From assembly GCA_013239625.1 (NCBI GenBank), contig MU053472.1:2391822-2455821 (forward strand): a stretch of 64,000 bases of DNA, given 5' to 3'. The translations under genes were made by a program, and so were the position numbers. Below are positions 38,500 through 51,751 of this stretch, in pieces; within the stretch, counting starts at the first letter, position 1; each line of letters begins with the position of its first letter. Below the pieces are notes generated by a model. The model made no database searches and was not told the origin of the DNA. It worked only from the letters and a program-made list of their open reading frames with translations. Source of the stretch: Lama guanicoe. Its lineage: Eukaryota.

Positions 38500-40085
38500 T
38501 CAGCCTTGAGAATCAATTGTTTACGTAAATTAGACACCATAGAAGAAAACAATCAGGAAACCTGAAACCAAATAATAGAAACTGGTCAAAATAAACCAAA
38601 GAGTGAAAGGACGCTGCAAAAATGAACAGTGATCTGTGGAACATCAAATAGTCAAACACATTTGTAATTAGTGTCTCCGAAAGAGAAACAAAATGAAAGA
38701 CAAGTATGTATTTGAAGAAATTTTTCCAAATTTGATGAAAACTAAAAACCCTGAAGTTCAATAAACTCCAAACACAATAAACACAAAGAAAATCATACCA
38801 AGACACATCATGATCAAATTTCTGAAACAGTAATAAAGAGAAGATCTTAAAAATAGGCAGAAGGAATTAAAAAAAATTAACAAAAGTAGACAAAGGGGAA
38901 AAAGACACATGTATAGAGGAATAGAGATAAAAAGTACCATAGACAACAGAATGGCATCCTTAAAGAGCTAAGAGAAAATGTCAACCTAAATTTTATACCC
39001 AATGAAAATATCTTTCAAAAATGAAGGCAAAATTAGGTTTTTGTTTTTGTTTTTGTTTTAGGAAAAAAGCTGGGAAAATGTGCTACCAGGAAACCTGCAC
39101 TTAAGACACATCAAGGGAAGTTCTTCAAGCTAAAGGGACATTATACCAGATGGAAATGGGGAGCCACACAAAGGAATGAAGAGCACCCAAAATGGTAAAT
39201 GTGGATAAAGAAAAAGACTTTTTTCCCTTATGTGTTCAAAGTCTTTAAGTAACTGTTTAAAGCAAAAGTAGTAACAATGTACTCTGAGGTTTATAACACA
39301 TGCAGAGTAAAACCTCTGACAACAATGGTACAAAGGACAGGAGGGGGAAATAGAAGTATATTATGTGACACATGAATAAGTATAAAATCATTCGAAAGTA
39401 GACTGCCCTAAGATAAAGGATGCATACTATAAACCCTACGAAAAGAAAGAAAGAAAGAAAGAAAAAAAGAAAGAAAGAGCAAAGAAGTATCACTAATAAG
39501 ACAGTTAATAGATAAAATGGACTCCTAAAAATAATTCAATCCAAATAAAGAAAGGAAAAGCAAAAGAAGAAAAAAGGGAAAAAACAGAAAACAAAGAGCA
39601 AGATGATAACCATCACAATAATTGAATTAAACGATCTATGTAAATGGTCTAAGCACTCCAATTAAAAAGCAGACTGCCACTAAAAAAAAAAAAATAAACT
39701 GCAACCATCATTAAAAAATATACCTTAAAATTTTTTTTAATTAAAAAATGCATACACCAAAAAAAAAAAAAATGCATACACCGTGCAAACACTAACTGTA
39801 AGAAAGCTAATATGGCTGTATTAATAACAGGAAACAGGACTTCAAAAGAAGGAAAATTACAAGGAATAAAGGACATTTCATAATGAAAAAGAAAAAGGCT
39901 CAATCCATCAAAAAGATGTAACAACCCTAAATGTACATGGACCCAGTAACAGCTTCAAAATACATGAAGGACAAACTGACAACTGAAAAGAAAAGTAGAC
40001 AAATCCACAATTTTTCTTGGAGACATCAACACTCCTCTCTCGGTAACTGATACAACAAGCACACAGAAAATCAACAAGGACATGG
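38500..40085 (+). mobile_element. Old L1M fragment spanning ORF1 end to the ORF2 endonuclease start (degenerate)
   Basis: A-rich; GGAGACATCAACACTCCTCTCTC (GDxNTPLS endonuclease motif) near 40019; many stops. Confidence 0.75.
39441..39478. repeat. (GAAA)n simple repeat
   Basis: Directly visible. Confidence 0.8.
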
Positions 40086-40815
40086 TATACAAAGGGCTTT
40101 TACATACCAAGTAATATTTAATAAATCTCTTAAAAACACAAGGGAAATATTATCAGTATCTCCATTTTATAGATGAGAAGATAAGTATCTTGACAGAAGT
40201 CACACAAAGAGTGTGTGACCAGAAATCATGACCTCCAGATCTAGCACTTTTTCCTCCTCAATTTACAAATTGCCTTGCTCAATAAATGTTATTTTTATAT
40301 CACTCAGACCCAAATAACAATCTTCAATCACAAGTAGTTTGAAATAGAGGTGAAAATTTCAGTTGATTTTTCTCAATTTCTACCCTATACTTTTCAGCAA
40401 ACTGATAGCAATAAGCCGAAAAAACAGAGTTCTGACTCCTGGTATTTCTGCACATATATACGTTGTATTGACCTCTGGCTGTTTCACAGATGTATGTCTT
40501 CTCCCCTTCGTTCCCTGAACGTAGAAATTATATCTTCTATTTCTTAGTATTTTTTACTTCCCTATTATAGCATTGGTGACTAAGGGCAAAAAAAAATATT
40601 TTTTGATACTTATTTATTGTACTTAAATTTGTAATCTCAAAACAATTTTGAATTCTTTAATCTCAGTATTTCTACAATGAATACTAATAAATTTTCAAAA
40701 AATAAAATCTCAAATAAAACCTTGTAAATGTTTCTTCTTAGCTCAAAAAAAAAAAAAAGGTCCTATACATGCTCGTGCAAATCTCTTCAATATCTCATTT
40801 TAAAATTACATTTAC

Positions 40816-40929
40816 CTTCATTAAAACTATCAGGAACATTGGCCACCAACAGACACAAGAACCAGGCACCATTTCTGACGTGCAGCAAGGCTTCAGCTAC
40901 ATCAACTATAGGAAGCAGTGAAGGGAGCT
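40816..40929 (-). CDS. INTS2: INTS2 exon 5: (E)LPSLLPIVD...VPDSFNE
   Basis: cag acceptor, AAG|gtaaat donor. Confidence 0.95.
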
Positions 40930-41061
40930 CTGCAAGAAAACAAAGCCAGTGTTACTGGCAAGGAGTACTGACATTTCACTGTATTGTACATTAAACGTCT
41001 TCTGACATTTCACCGATGTTCTCTAAAAGCAATTAAATTAGGGTGCTTACTTTTCATAGTC

Positions 41062-41215
41062 CAGCACTAAATTGTCCAGCAGGAAAGCCACCAGCCACAT
41101 ATGACTATTAAAATTTAAATTAAATTAAAAATAGTTCAGTTCCTCAATTACACTAGCCACATTTCAAATAATCCATAACCACATGAGGCTAGTGGCTACT
41201 GTACTGGACAGAACA
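41062..41215. mobile_element. MER3-like hAT-Charlie element
   Basis: CACTAGCCACATTTCAA...CCACATGAGGCTAGTGGCTACTGTACTGGACAG. Confidence 0.7.
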
Positions 41216-41792
41216 CTGCCATCACTGTGGTGCACAGTACTGGTCAAAAAACTTTTTTTTTTTTATGAAAATCTCTGCAGTTTTATGTCTTATATCCTTT
41301 AATTCTGATCATACCTACTACCTATTATAAGGATTCTGGAAAATATAAAAAGTGCAAAGAATAAAAATAAAATCAACTTTAATCCCTTCACTCAAATTTA
41401 CTAATTTAAAATATTTATTTTAATCCCCCAATGAGTATCACTTTTAACAAACCTGGGATTATATTCTACTTGCCATTTTGCCCCTTGCTTTTTTCATTTA
41501 ACACATTACGAAGTATTTTTGAAAAGTATTAAATTTCTTCAAATACACCATTTTGATGGCTGAATAACATGCCGTACCATGGAAATAATATAATTTACTC
41601 ACTCACTGGCCTAGTTTTAGTCATTTTTGACCTAACTTTTTAAGGTAAATTTTTTTCCTTTCTTTTTCAATAAGGTATACATTTTTAATTAGGTGACCCT
41701 TAAAATAACACAACATTCCAGGTTAAGAAGTTACACAGTAGTTAAGAAGTACAAGAAATTATATCTGAATGTATCAGCACTCATTACCGTAC

Positions 41793-41895
41793 CTGCTTGT
41801 AAAATACAAAGTACATCCGCAGCTTCCTCTAAGTAGACTGGACTCTCAAATAGCTCAGATGACTTGAAAAAAAATTCTCCACTCGACTCAGAGAC
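41793..41895 (-). CDS. INTS2: INTS2 exon 4: VSESSGEFFFK...LCILQA
   Basis: aag acceptor, CAG|gtacgg donor. Confidence 0.95.
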
Positions 41896-43277
41896 CTTAA
41901 AAAACAATGAACTCTGTTAATTTCAGGTAATGAATTAAATCCCTTACTATTTCTGTAATTATTTGTTGCGCTTACGGACCATGTCTCTTAATGTGTCAGT
42001 AATATTCTGTAGAATATGCCATATTGGATGAATCTGTACCAGTTGAACTACAATTAGTCAGTCACATTAAGTATTATTCCAGTATGGGTCTTGAAAAAAT
42101 TATTTCTATATAAATATTTTGAGACTCCTGGAATTAAAGATAGGACGAGCCAAAGAAATGAACTAGGAATGCCACCTACAAAAGTTGTAGTTCAAAAAAA
42201 GCTAAAAAAACTATAAACTTAAAGCTGTATAACAACTATAAATTCATGTTCTGAATGAACTGTGGGAAAAACAAATTATAAAAATGAGGTCAACAAAAGT
42301 ACTAACTTTTTTGAAAATTTCCTACAAAAGTTTCGTCCCTACATTTACCACATGCTGAAGAGGGCTGAAATGAAAACCTGGAAGCCTCCCAGAGGAGGAA
42401 GCTCGCTTATTTTATTACAGCCATCAAGTGAGGCATTAAGAAAAAGCTGTAGGAAAATATGAGTTAAAATTAAAGATTAAAATTAATTAATTAAAATTAA
42501 GACATTTGCTTCTCAAACTATGGGCCCACTCTCATATAAGACATTTTAATATGAAGATCCAATTCAGTTCTCTGTATGGTAACCTCCGACATTCACAAAT
42601 TTAAAATTCGGAGTTTCAATTAACCATCATTATCAAAAAGTCCATGACCCAAAGGAATCTATGTACACCTGAAACTAATACAACATTGTAAATCAACTAC
42701 GTTTCAATTAAATACATAAATAACCTATCATTTTGCTGAGATGAGAAGTTGAATAACCTTCATTAGCGCACAGGAACAATTCAGGCATCTAGTGAGTGAG
42801 GCTGGCCAAATGTCTTTCATCCAAACCTGCTCTGATCCTCCTTACCCTGTTATGTATGAGGTAAGTAATTCGTTCAGTGTCTAAAGGAACCACATACATT
42901 TTTCACAATATTTCATGGGGGAAATTATACCCTATAGAGATACTATCAAATTTGGTCATTTATACAAGTCTTAGCTGTATATCCTTCCAGATATCAAGAA
43001 GCCATGGTAGGGACTCCATACAGAAAAAACAAAACAAAACAAAAGCCTTATGATAGAGAATACAGAATAGGCATAAACAAGAGAAAATAGTAATTAAAAA
43101 CAAACAGCCTTCAAGGCAGGCATTTAATATCCTTTCAAGCTTTTGAAAGGAAAACACATGACAACTAGAACGAAGTGTGCAAGAAGATGCAACCTGCCAG
43201 CCTTCTTGCCTGTTTCTACTTTCTATGTGTAGACATCAAAGCAGGCACATTTCAAGCTGTGATGAGAATAAATGCAC

Positions 43278-43416
43278 CTTGTTCATAATTGCCAACAGTT
43301 CACTAAGCACAAGACGTAATCGGCGAGGGGAATCACTGTGTTCAAACTCTAAAGTCAGTCCGTGCTGAAGCTGTGATACCAGGATACTCTCTCCACTGCC
43401 TCCGCCAAGTTTATGC
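43278..43416 (-). CDS. INTS2: INTS2 exon 3: (R)HKLGGGSGES...LAIMNK
   Basis: tag acceptor, AAG|gtgcat donor. Confidence 0.95.
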
Positions 43417-44045
43417 CTAATGAAGTATAAACACGTAAAACAATTATGAGAACACTGGCACAGAAATAACAGCATAAAAATTATCTTTTATAGAAATAGT
43501 TTACAAAAGAATGTATGAATTCTTTTCATATATTTCATGAATGTATTACTTCTGAGATACTATTTAGTTGATCTATTTCGGGAATTCACAGCCTATATAA
43601 AAACTCCATCACAAATGATGGTTAACACCCACTTCCATTAACAACTGTGGCTCATTGCTGGATTCACAATGGGCCAAGGATGGATGAAATATATGCCCAG
43701 AATTTTGGGGAATCAGTGAAAGCTTAAAAAGCCCCCTAGGAGATTCCAATAAATCCTTCTACTCTAGGAGAACCTACCCTACCCACTTACCACCGAGAGT
43801 AACTGATCTAATCACTTTGGCCTGAATATAACACTGTATATAGCCAGTTTTCTGCACAACATTTTACAATATGGGATTCCAAAGATCCTAGAACTTTAAC
43901 TATAAATAAAAAAGAACTAAGAAAATTGCTCTCCAAAGTTTAGAGTGCAATAAGAAGCCCTAAAAGCTCCAAGAAATGTTTGATTCCCTCTTCTTTAGCA
44001 AATCCAAGTAAATACCAATCCACACGCTGTACAACATTACATTAC

Positions 44046-44338
44046 CTAAGCTGCTGTTCTTTGCTGGCATCTTGTTCTAAAGCATGGAAGTCCACAGACA
44101 ATAATGCAACAATGGAATTGACAGCTTCCACTCCGGAGAGAAGACGAAGGATGAGTTTTTTATCCTGAGCCCAGCTTTGGCTCTGGTCAGCAGGTGCACA
44201 AAGTGCCATCCGCACTAAGCAGGGCAGGAGAAGTCTTAATTCTGGATCACTTAAAGATGCCAGACGAACAACATCCACCTTCTGCATTGCCTCAAAAGCA
44301 AAAGGACTGACAAACTGAAGGCTTGTACACTCAGTCAT
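44046..44338 (-). CDS. INTS2: INTS2 exon 2 coding part, from ATG: MTECTSLQFVSP...KEQQL(R); exon starts at 44352
   Basis: ATG at 44338-44336; tag acceptor 44353-44355; TAG|gtaatg donor. Confidence 0.95.
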
Positions 44339-44777
44339 TATCACTGTTGATCCTAGTGGTTAAAAAAAAAAAAAGACAAATTAAAGGAGAGGTATAACTC
44401 CACATGTATGAACGCCCATCTTTTTAAGAACTCTGAAATATATGCTCTATCTTTAAAAGATCTCAACGCTGCCAATATTTCTGATACAATTAAAAGTCCC
44501 CTATGTTTCTATGCCATCTGGAAAATAAGAAAACAGAGTATACTAATATCTCTTCCAGCCTTAAGGATCTTCTGTTCTAATACTGTCATTTTACAAAGGA
44601 ATATGAAGCCCAGAGAGATTAAGAAACAGGCCGGGAGTAGTATTACTAGTTAGTGGCAAAATCCAAGGCTGAACCCTCATCTACTAAATCCCAGCCCAAG
44701 ACTTTCTCCACTAACCAGTTCTGAGTGCCACCGTGTAAATAGAAGTAAATGAATAATGTCATTAAGAATGTTCCTCT

Positions 44778-44934
44778 AGGGGATATAGCTCAAGCGGTAG
44801 AGCGCATGCTTAGCATGTCCTGGGTTCAATCCCCAGCACCTCCTCTAAAAATAAATAAACCTAATTACCTCTCCCATTCCCACCAAAATTAAAAAATAAT
44901 TAGTACAATGATAAGTAAAAATATTTTTAAAAAA
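44778..44934 (+). mobile_element. tRNA-Ala-derived SINE (Vic-1-like) with small internal deletion, in INTS2 intron 1
   Basis: GGGGATATAGCTCAAGCGGTAGAGCGC...GGTTCAATCCCC; 14-bp TSD 44764-44777 / 44935-44948 (1 mismatch). Confidence 0.85.
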
Positions 44935-45279
44935 AAGAATGCTCCTCTTCTGTACCTTAGTTTCACATGCCTACCCAACAAATATAAAGAACTACGAGGG
45001 TTCTCTTTCCCACCCTCCACGAGTCGGTGGAAGCACTGGTAAATCGCCTCACTAGCCAGAAGCAATGTCAGGTTCAGCGCTCTGGAGACCGTAACACTAT
45101 CCTATACCTTCTGTTACTTGGTTTAAAAAAAAAAAATCCAGCTGTGGCGGTGAAATTAGCTATGGTAGAACGCTGAGTCCCACTCGGGCACTTCTCTGTC
45201 TTCAAGAGTAATCAGAAACAAACAAAAGGGCAGGGAGCAGGGAGCCAAAGCCAAGTCCTCTGAGACCTACAGACTAGCA

Positions 45280-46010
45280 GAATCGTGGGTTACAGAGCCG
45301 CGGGCAGGAACGTGGGTTCGCTTACAAGCAAGAGGAGCTGGCCTTTTAACAGAGGGGCGGGCTGAGCAGAGGCGCCCAGACCTGTGTGCTCACAGGTTTC
45401 TCCCCGGGCGGAACTAGAACCAGTCAGTCCCTCTGGCTGGGAAAAGTCGGGCCGGTTGCGGACCTGGACCCCGGACGCTGAGGCCTGAGAAGCGGAAGCT
45501 TCATACCTTAAGATCTACCTCCAACCTCCCGGGGCCCCACCCGAATTCCGCGCCCTAGTGGCGGGACGCCGTGGAAATCGAGAGCGCGGTCCGAAGTTGG
45601 GCCTAGGCGATAATCCGGATTCCCCAACCCCAGCTGTTCCCTGAGCCGGCCTGGCACCAAGATCGCAGACGCCACGACCAGTCGTGCCAGCGGTGCGATG
45701 GGGGCTGGATGGGGACACTGCACAAAGGCAGAGCCCAGACTGAAGAGAGGGGAAAGCGGAGGGGACTGTTTCAACCTGCACAGAGCACCTTCATTCATCC
45801 CCAGCGCCTGGCTCCCGTCGGCCACCGTACTGAACTGAGCAGAAGGGTGGCTACGAAAGGAAATCCAGAGGCGTTGGCGATGACGCAACGGCGCGCGTGC
45901 GCGGCCCCACCCCTTCCTCCCCCGCCCACCTTCACCCTGGAAGATGCAGGGCGGTACTGCCTTCCAGTCTGTCTTTCCTCCAGAGCCTACCAGCGGAGTC
46001 ATTTCAGGTA
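45280..46010. promoter_or_regulatory. CpG-island promoter of INTS2
   Basis: CpG-dense. CRE/ATF-like TGACGCAA 45881-45888, NRF1-like GCGCGTGCGC 45893-45902, GC box CCCCGCCC 45920-45927. Confidence 0.8.
45507..45860 (-). other. INTS2: INTS2 exon 1 (5'UTR); main donor after 45507, possible alternative donor after 45789; TSS approximate
   Basis: AAG|gtatga donor at 45506-45501 inside the CpG island. Confidence 0.65.
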
Positions 46011-46919
46011 AATAGTTAAGCCCCTCCGAACTGGAATTTCATCACCACAGGATTACCGTCGCATTCAAATGACTTAACGTATGTAAAAGAAATGTTAAAA
46101 TTGTCTCCAGTGTTCTTTGACCTGAACACTAAGGAACCAAACTACACATTTCTTTCCATCTCTGCCTATGCCCTTCCAGCACCAAGAATCCTAGGATTTG
46201 GAGGAGAATTTAAAAAGTAATGTAATAACCCAGAGCCTTCTACTCTAGACCGCACACATTCACAGTCGTAAGTTAAACATCTTCATTTCAGGGTTCTTAA
46301 GGTCCGCAGATCCTTAGAGGGCGATGGATGGAGTATCATAAATTTTCTAGAAACTGCAGAATTGTGAGTGCTTGACACTTCTTCTGGAAAGAGGGTCCAA
46401 AACTTTAAACAGTTTCTCAAAAGAAGCTTTGATCACGCAGAAGATTAAGAACCTCTAGTCTCTATATTTTCAAATTATTTATACCTCCTGGGTCAGTCGA
46501 TGTGTATTGAACACATTCTGTTAAACAGATATTGTGCCAGGAGCTGGAAACAAAAATACTTTACAGAGATACAACATTTCATACTTTATAGTTTCCAAAG
46601 CTTTGACAAAGGGATAATCTCTTTAAAAATTAGATCTGCTTTCAACATGAAAAATCAGCAAAGGAAGAAAAGAATTAATGTATGTTTGTCAAACTGTTTT
46701 CACCTGACCCACAATAATACATTTCACATTGTGACCCAGAACAGATACATATATATCCACATTTACATGGAAACAAACATTTTATGGAATAATACATACA
46801 TTACATGTTATATATTCTATTTTACTTGAAATTGCTGGTCACTACACACTGAAATTGATTTCACAACCTGTTAATGAGTTACACACTGTACACTAATTTT
46901 TAAGCTGATACCTGTTGAG

Positions 46920-47050
46920 GACTTACTTATTGAGCACTTGCTAGGCACCAGTGCCTTATATCTATTATCTGATTTGATTCTCTGAGGTAGGTAATATTAT
47001 TCTCCATTTTTAAGTTGTGGAAGTTGAGACTGAGAGGTTAAGCAATTTAA
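46920..47050 (-). mobile_element. MIR SINE fragment
   Basis: GAGGTAGGTAATATTATTCTCCATTTT...GAGAGGTTAAG. Confidence 0.65.
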
Positions 47051-50000
47051 TCTCCCTGGATGGTCATTTCACAGGAAGAGTAAAGGGAATTCAAACACTG
47101 AGAAATCAATGAGAGGAGGAGGTAGATGTGAACTGAGTGATTTTTAAAATCTCTACCAGTTCTCATTGTTCATGATCCTTCAGTCACTAATGGAGAAGCA
47201 ACATGCAGATCCAACTTGATCTACAGAGAATGGCAAATCCAGCCTGATGTCTAGAGTGTCATGGTAATGTGTATTGATCCTTACTTTCCTCCAAGTCCTC
47301 TTCTCTTCCAATTTTTATCTCTCTGAATATCACCAACACCCTCAAACCAGAAACCAGGAAGTCATCCTAGACTCCAAACTCTCCCCCCTCATATCCACTT
47401 AGCAAAAATCTTTCAAATGTACATTGTAATGTTTGGCCAATGAAATCATTTTTATAATCATTATATAGAACTCAGACATCCTAGTGAAGAACAGATTTAT
47501 TCATGAGCTTTTGAGTTTAAATCTGCTTCCTCTGAGGCTGACTCCCTATCTATACTAAAATCAATTTTTAAAGACTTTGCAGCTCAGATGTTTAATTAGT
47601 CAGATTCAGGAACTTCTCCAATGGTAAATAATGCTAGAAGTTATCCCTGACAGTTAGTTGCCTATAAATCACAAAATCTTTGATTATGCATTCACCTCTG
47701 ACTGGCTTACTTTTGATTTGCTCTTTTCTACTTTAACTATTTTTCAGTCAGACCAGGGGAAGAAACAAAAGGAGGGGGGAAAAAAAAGAAAGGAAGAAAC
47801 AATGTCTACTACATTTCAGGTATATTAGGTGCTTTTATATAAATTATTGCTGAGTAAATGAGCTTTAAAAAATTAGGAGACTTAGGTATTTAAAGGAGAA
47901 CCAATGTTCTTTGGAAACAGGATCATAGAATTTCAAAAGTAAAAAGTATCTCAGGAAACGTCTAGCTCCAGTTTTCTCAACAAAGAATTCTTTTTATAAT
48001 TATCTTCAACAGTGTGTCTATTTTATAAGATTTCGTCAATTGTTTCAGCCTGTCAAGATCTTTTGGACTCTTCTATTACACTGGCTATCTGCTTTGGCTG
48101 AACGTATATCTTCACTGATTTTATGGACAAAATGTTGAGTAGAATTGGGTCCAGCCAGGGCTCTATAGTATAACTTTAGAAACATCCTCCAGGTTGGTAA
48201 AGATCCACTAATCAAGCCTTTTTGCATATGATTATTCAACCAATTATGAATCATCCCAACTACTAAAACACTTCCCTGCTTAGGGATTAATTTCTCTTTC
48301 CTTAAGGTGGCCCTGAAAAGAGATTTTCGTGGCCTGATTTCTCTCTAACCTGGACTTCTGGCATATCCCACCATGGTGCCTCCAGTTTAGTCAGTTTAAA
48401 CTACTTTCCCAAATCCTTCATGGGCCTTCTCCCCTACTATTCCTTCTGTCTGGAATGCCTTTTATTCTATTTACGTAGTACCTCCCAAGCATCCTTTACG
48501 TCTCACCTCTAGTGTTCCCATGCTAAGAAATCCTTTCCTGGCAAATCACGTATCTTTTCATTAAACTAAGTACCCTTTTTCAGTGTCCCTAAGCCACATA
48601 TGTGTACTTCACACATTACACCATAATTTTTAGAACTAGTCTGTCCCTCTCACCAGAATGTGGGTACTTTGAGGGCAAGAATCATCTCTTTTTTTGCCCT
48701 TGGCACACAGTATGGTATTTATATTGGTTTTTCGAATTAATAATTGAGGCATGAATGTGATTACCATAATCTATCAGTGCTGTCAAAATAAAATGTAATG
48801 AGGCTGATTTCAGCTGTTCCCTTTTGTATATGCACTACATTGTCGTTCATATCACTTCAGAGGGTTTATCACACTCGCTGTATTTACACAAATATTTCTC
48901 AGTAGACTGAAGGTTTAAGGTCAAAGGTTTGTGGCTCATAACCAATGTAGATAATCAGTTACTTTATTGAATAAATAGTGCTTTAGTGAAACTATCTTGG
49001 CTTCTAATGATCTTGTTCATGGTCAAGTAAGTTTGTTAGCGGTTTTTAGGACATACTTTTTTTAAACTTTAAATCAGTTAACTGTCTCAGCTTTTAATTC
49101 CATCATGCTATTTTACATTTTGGAGCTTGAAGCCCCTTCAAGCTGGTTTCTTTTTAGTAGGGGTAGGTTGGGGCAGAAGGGAGATACAGCTGGAGTACTA
49201 AATGCTTTACTTTTTGCATCTTTTCCATCCTTGCTCTTGCTAGAAACATATTTGTTGTTGCCATTAAGCATCTTTTTTCTCTTGCAAACCTTAGTTCATT
49301 CTGGATTTGATTGTTCTAGAGAAGATAGGTATTATATTAATCATCCTTCACATTTGTACTTTACAAATTCCAAAGTGTTTTTTGCAATGTCATTTGAGGT
49401 TCACAAAGCTGATTAGGAAGGTATGGTTACTGTTGAGCTCATGTGCAAGTGAACAAATTGAGACTTAAGTGGTTTAGTGATTTGCCTGAATTCACTAGCA
49501 GGAAGGTGGCAAACTTAGGAGTACAAGAATCATAATCCAGTGACCCTAAACTATTTCTGCTACTGGGAAACTAAGAGTTCCAAGTAATTAAAATTGTATA
49601 ACTTCATTTTAATTATTTGCAAAAATCACATTAAAGCCAAGTTCTGTAGTTTGTGGTATTTGTTACAAGAAGTCCATTCAAAAAAATTTCAGTGCCTTAC
49701 TACATGCTAGATGTTGCATTGGACTCTGGAGATACAACTGTACACAAAATAGACCCAGTTTCTACCCTCATGGAGTCATTTGGTAGGAGAGACCATCAGA
49801 CAATTATAAACTGCAAAAAAACACTATGGAGGCTCCATGTAGGTTGTTACAGTTTAGAGTGTGTAACAAGAGCCCCTGTTCTGAAGCAAGGGTGTCTGTA
49901 ATTGGGAAGGAGGCCTAAGGCAAGAATAACCCTGAGGCTTTTAAAGAGCTCAAATGCTTAAGTGGCTAGGAGAGCACAGGGGGAAAGCCCAGTCGGAGGC

Positions 50001-51316
50001 CTGTGGAGGGTTAGGCAGAAGACAGATCATGGAAGACATTTACTTTATCTTTCGAGCAAGAAACAGCCAAAAAGGATTTTAAGCTACCAAGGAAAGAACA
50101 CACTCAAAGTAGGAAGACCAAGTTAGGAGGATATTGCAGTGGTCTGCCCCAAAAAAGGCTCTTTTGTCTAATAACTTATATGGCCTTTGATAATGCTAAT
50201 TTAGACCAAGGTCAGGCCAATAGATAGCAGTGGACATAATTGAGAGTAAATACACAAGACCAACAGTTTTTGATGACTGGTTACAAGGAAGAGTTTGTGG
50301 CTTGCACAGCTGAGTGGGTGGTAGTGCCGTTCACAGTGACAAGAAACACTATTAAGGACAAAGTGGCTTCTGTGGGGGAAGGTTATTGGTCTCAGTCAAA
50401 AGTGCAGATTTACTCCAGAAAAAAAAAAACAACAGAATCAAGACTTAATCACAGGCATTCTGAATGCAAGTTCATAGGACAATACATGGCTTGGGGACTG
50501 TAAATGTATCACTCAGGAAGATTTTTTTTCTCTACACTAGGAAGTGGCAAAATAAGGAAAACATCAAACTTTTCATATAAGGTCATTCTTAAAACAGTTC
50601 CGGTGGGTTGCTCTGAAAGAGAAAACAAAACAAAAAAACCCACCTCAAATAATATTAAACAGAATTTGTGACTATAGCTATGAGAATGAGGGTTCTTCAG
50701 CTTTCAGTCCAGGATTGCTAACTCTCCCAGGGTATACACAGGAAGATACTGAAAACAATAAAATTAGTAACAATAGATGGCAGGAATACATTCACAAGTT
50801 ACATTTTCCTTTCTCTTTTGTTTTTCCGTATGTGAAGCCTTCAAATAACCCAGTGTGCACTTTGAACTTCTACACTCTTAATTACATGTTCTTGGAGACA
50901 TGAGGAATTGACTTACCTGAACTAGTTATTAGAGCAATAAATACATCCTGAATATCTTGTTAAACAAAACCTTGACATTTAACATGCTTGAGAGATAATG
51001 GTTCCCACTAAATGTCCATGCTTACCTAGAAACTGTAACATTTCAAAGATTGTTTACTACAAATGGTTTGAATATAGGTCAACTTTATCCTGAAATAGAT
51101 GTTACGCCCCTAGATCTCTTTAAAAACCTACAATGACCCTTTATGCTCCAAATATTTTTTTAACAATTTTGTCTCAGGTATACTTTGATAATAAAATCAT
51201 TAAACAGAAAAGAATTTGTCAGAACATGTAATTTTGATTCGAGAAATGTGGGAAATGTGTATGTTGAGTAAGAAGCTGATATAAGTCATCTGATCAACGT
51301 AATTAGCAAATACATA

Positions 51317-51751
51317 CAGGCATACCTCAGATTGTAGGTTCGGTGGCAAACCACTGCAATAAACTGAATATTGTAATAAAGCGAGTCACACACATTTTTT
51401 GGTTTCCCAGTGCATATAAAAGTTACATTCACACTATACTGTAGTCTATTAAGCATGCAATAGAATTATGCTTTAAAAAAATGTACAACCCTTATTGCTT
51501 AAAAATAAATGCTATCTTCTCAGCCTTCAGTGACCAGTCATAGTAACATCAAAGATCCTAAATCACTGTAACAAATATAATACCAAAGTTTGACGTATCG
51601 TGAAAATTACCAAACTGTGAGGGAGACACGAAGTGAGCAAATGCTGTTGGAAAAATGGTACCAACAGACATCCTTGACTCATGGTTGCCACAAACCTTCA
51701 ATTTGTAGTAAACACAGGATCTGCAAAGTGCAGTGAAATGAGGTCTGCCTG
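51317..51751 (+). mobile_element. Tigger1-derived non-autonomous DNA transposon
   Basis: TA + CAGGCATACCTC...GAGGTCTGCCTG TIRs; internal sequence matches Tigger1 ends as recalled. Confidence 0.8.

Larger units (their letters stand above)
1950..45860 (-). other. INTS2: INTS2 gene (Integrator complex subunit 2), 25 exons; ends approximate
   Basis: 24 coding exons with consistent phases sum to 3594 nt (1197 aa), MTECTSLQFVSP...IINMSVSGI*, matching mammalian INTS2. Confidence 0.97.

Noticed and set aside
45508..46011. 164-aa and 100-aa ORFs at the INTS2 promoter as independent genes
   Set aside because: GC-rich chance ORFs spanning promoter motifs; only the part from 45798 is kept as a possible uORF
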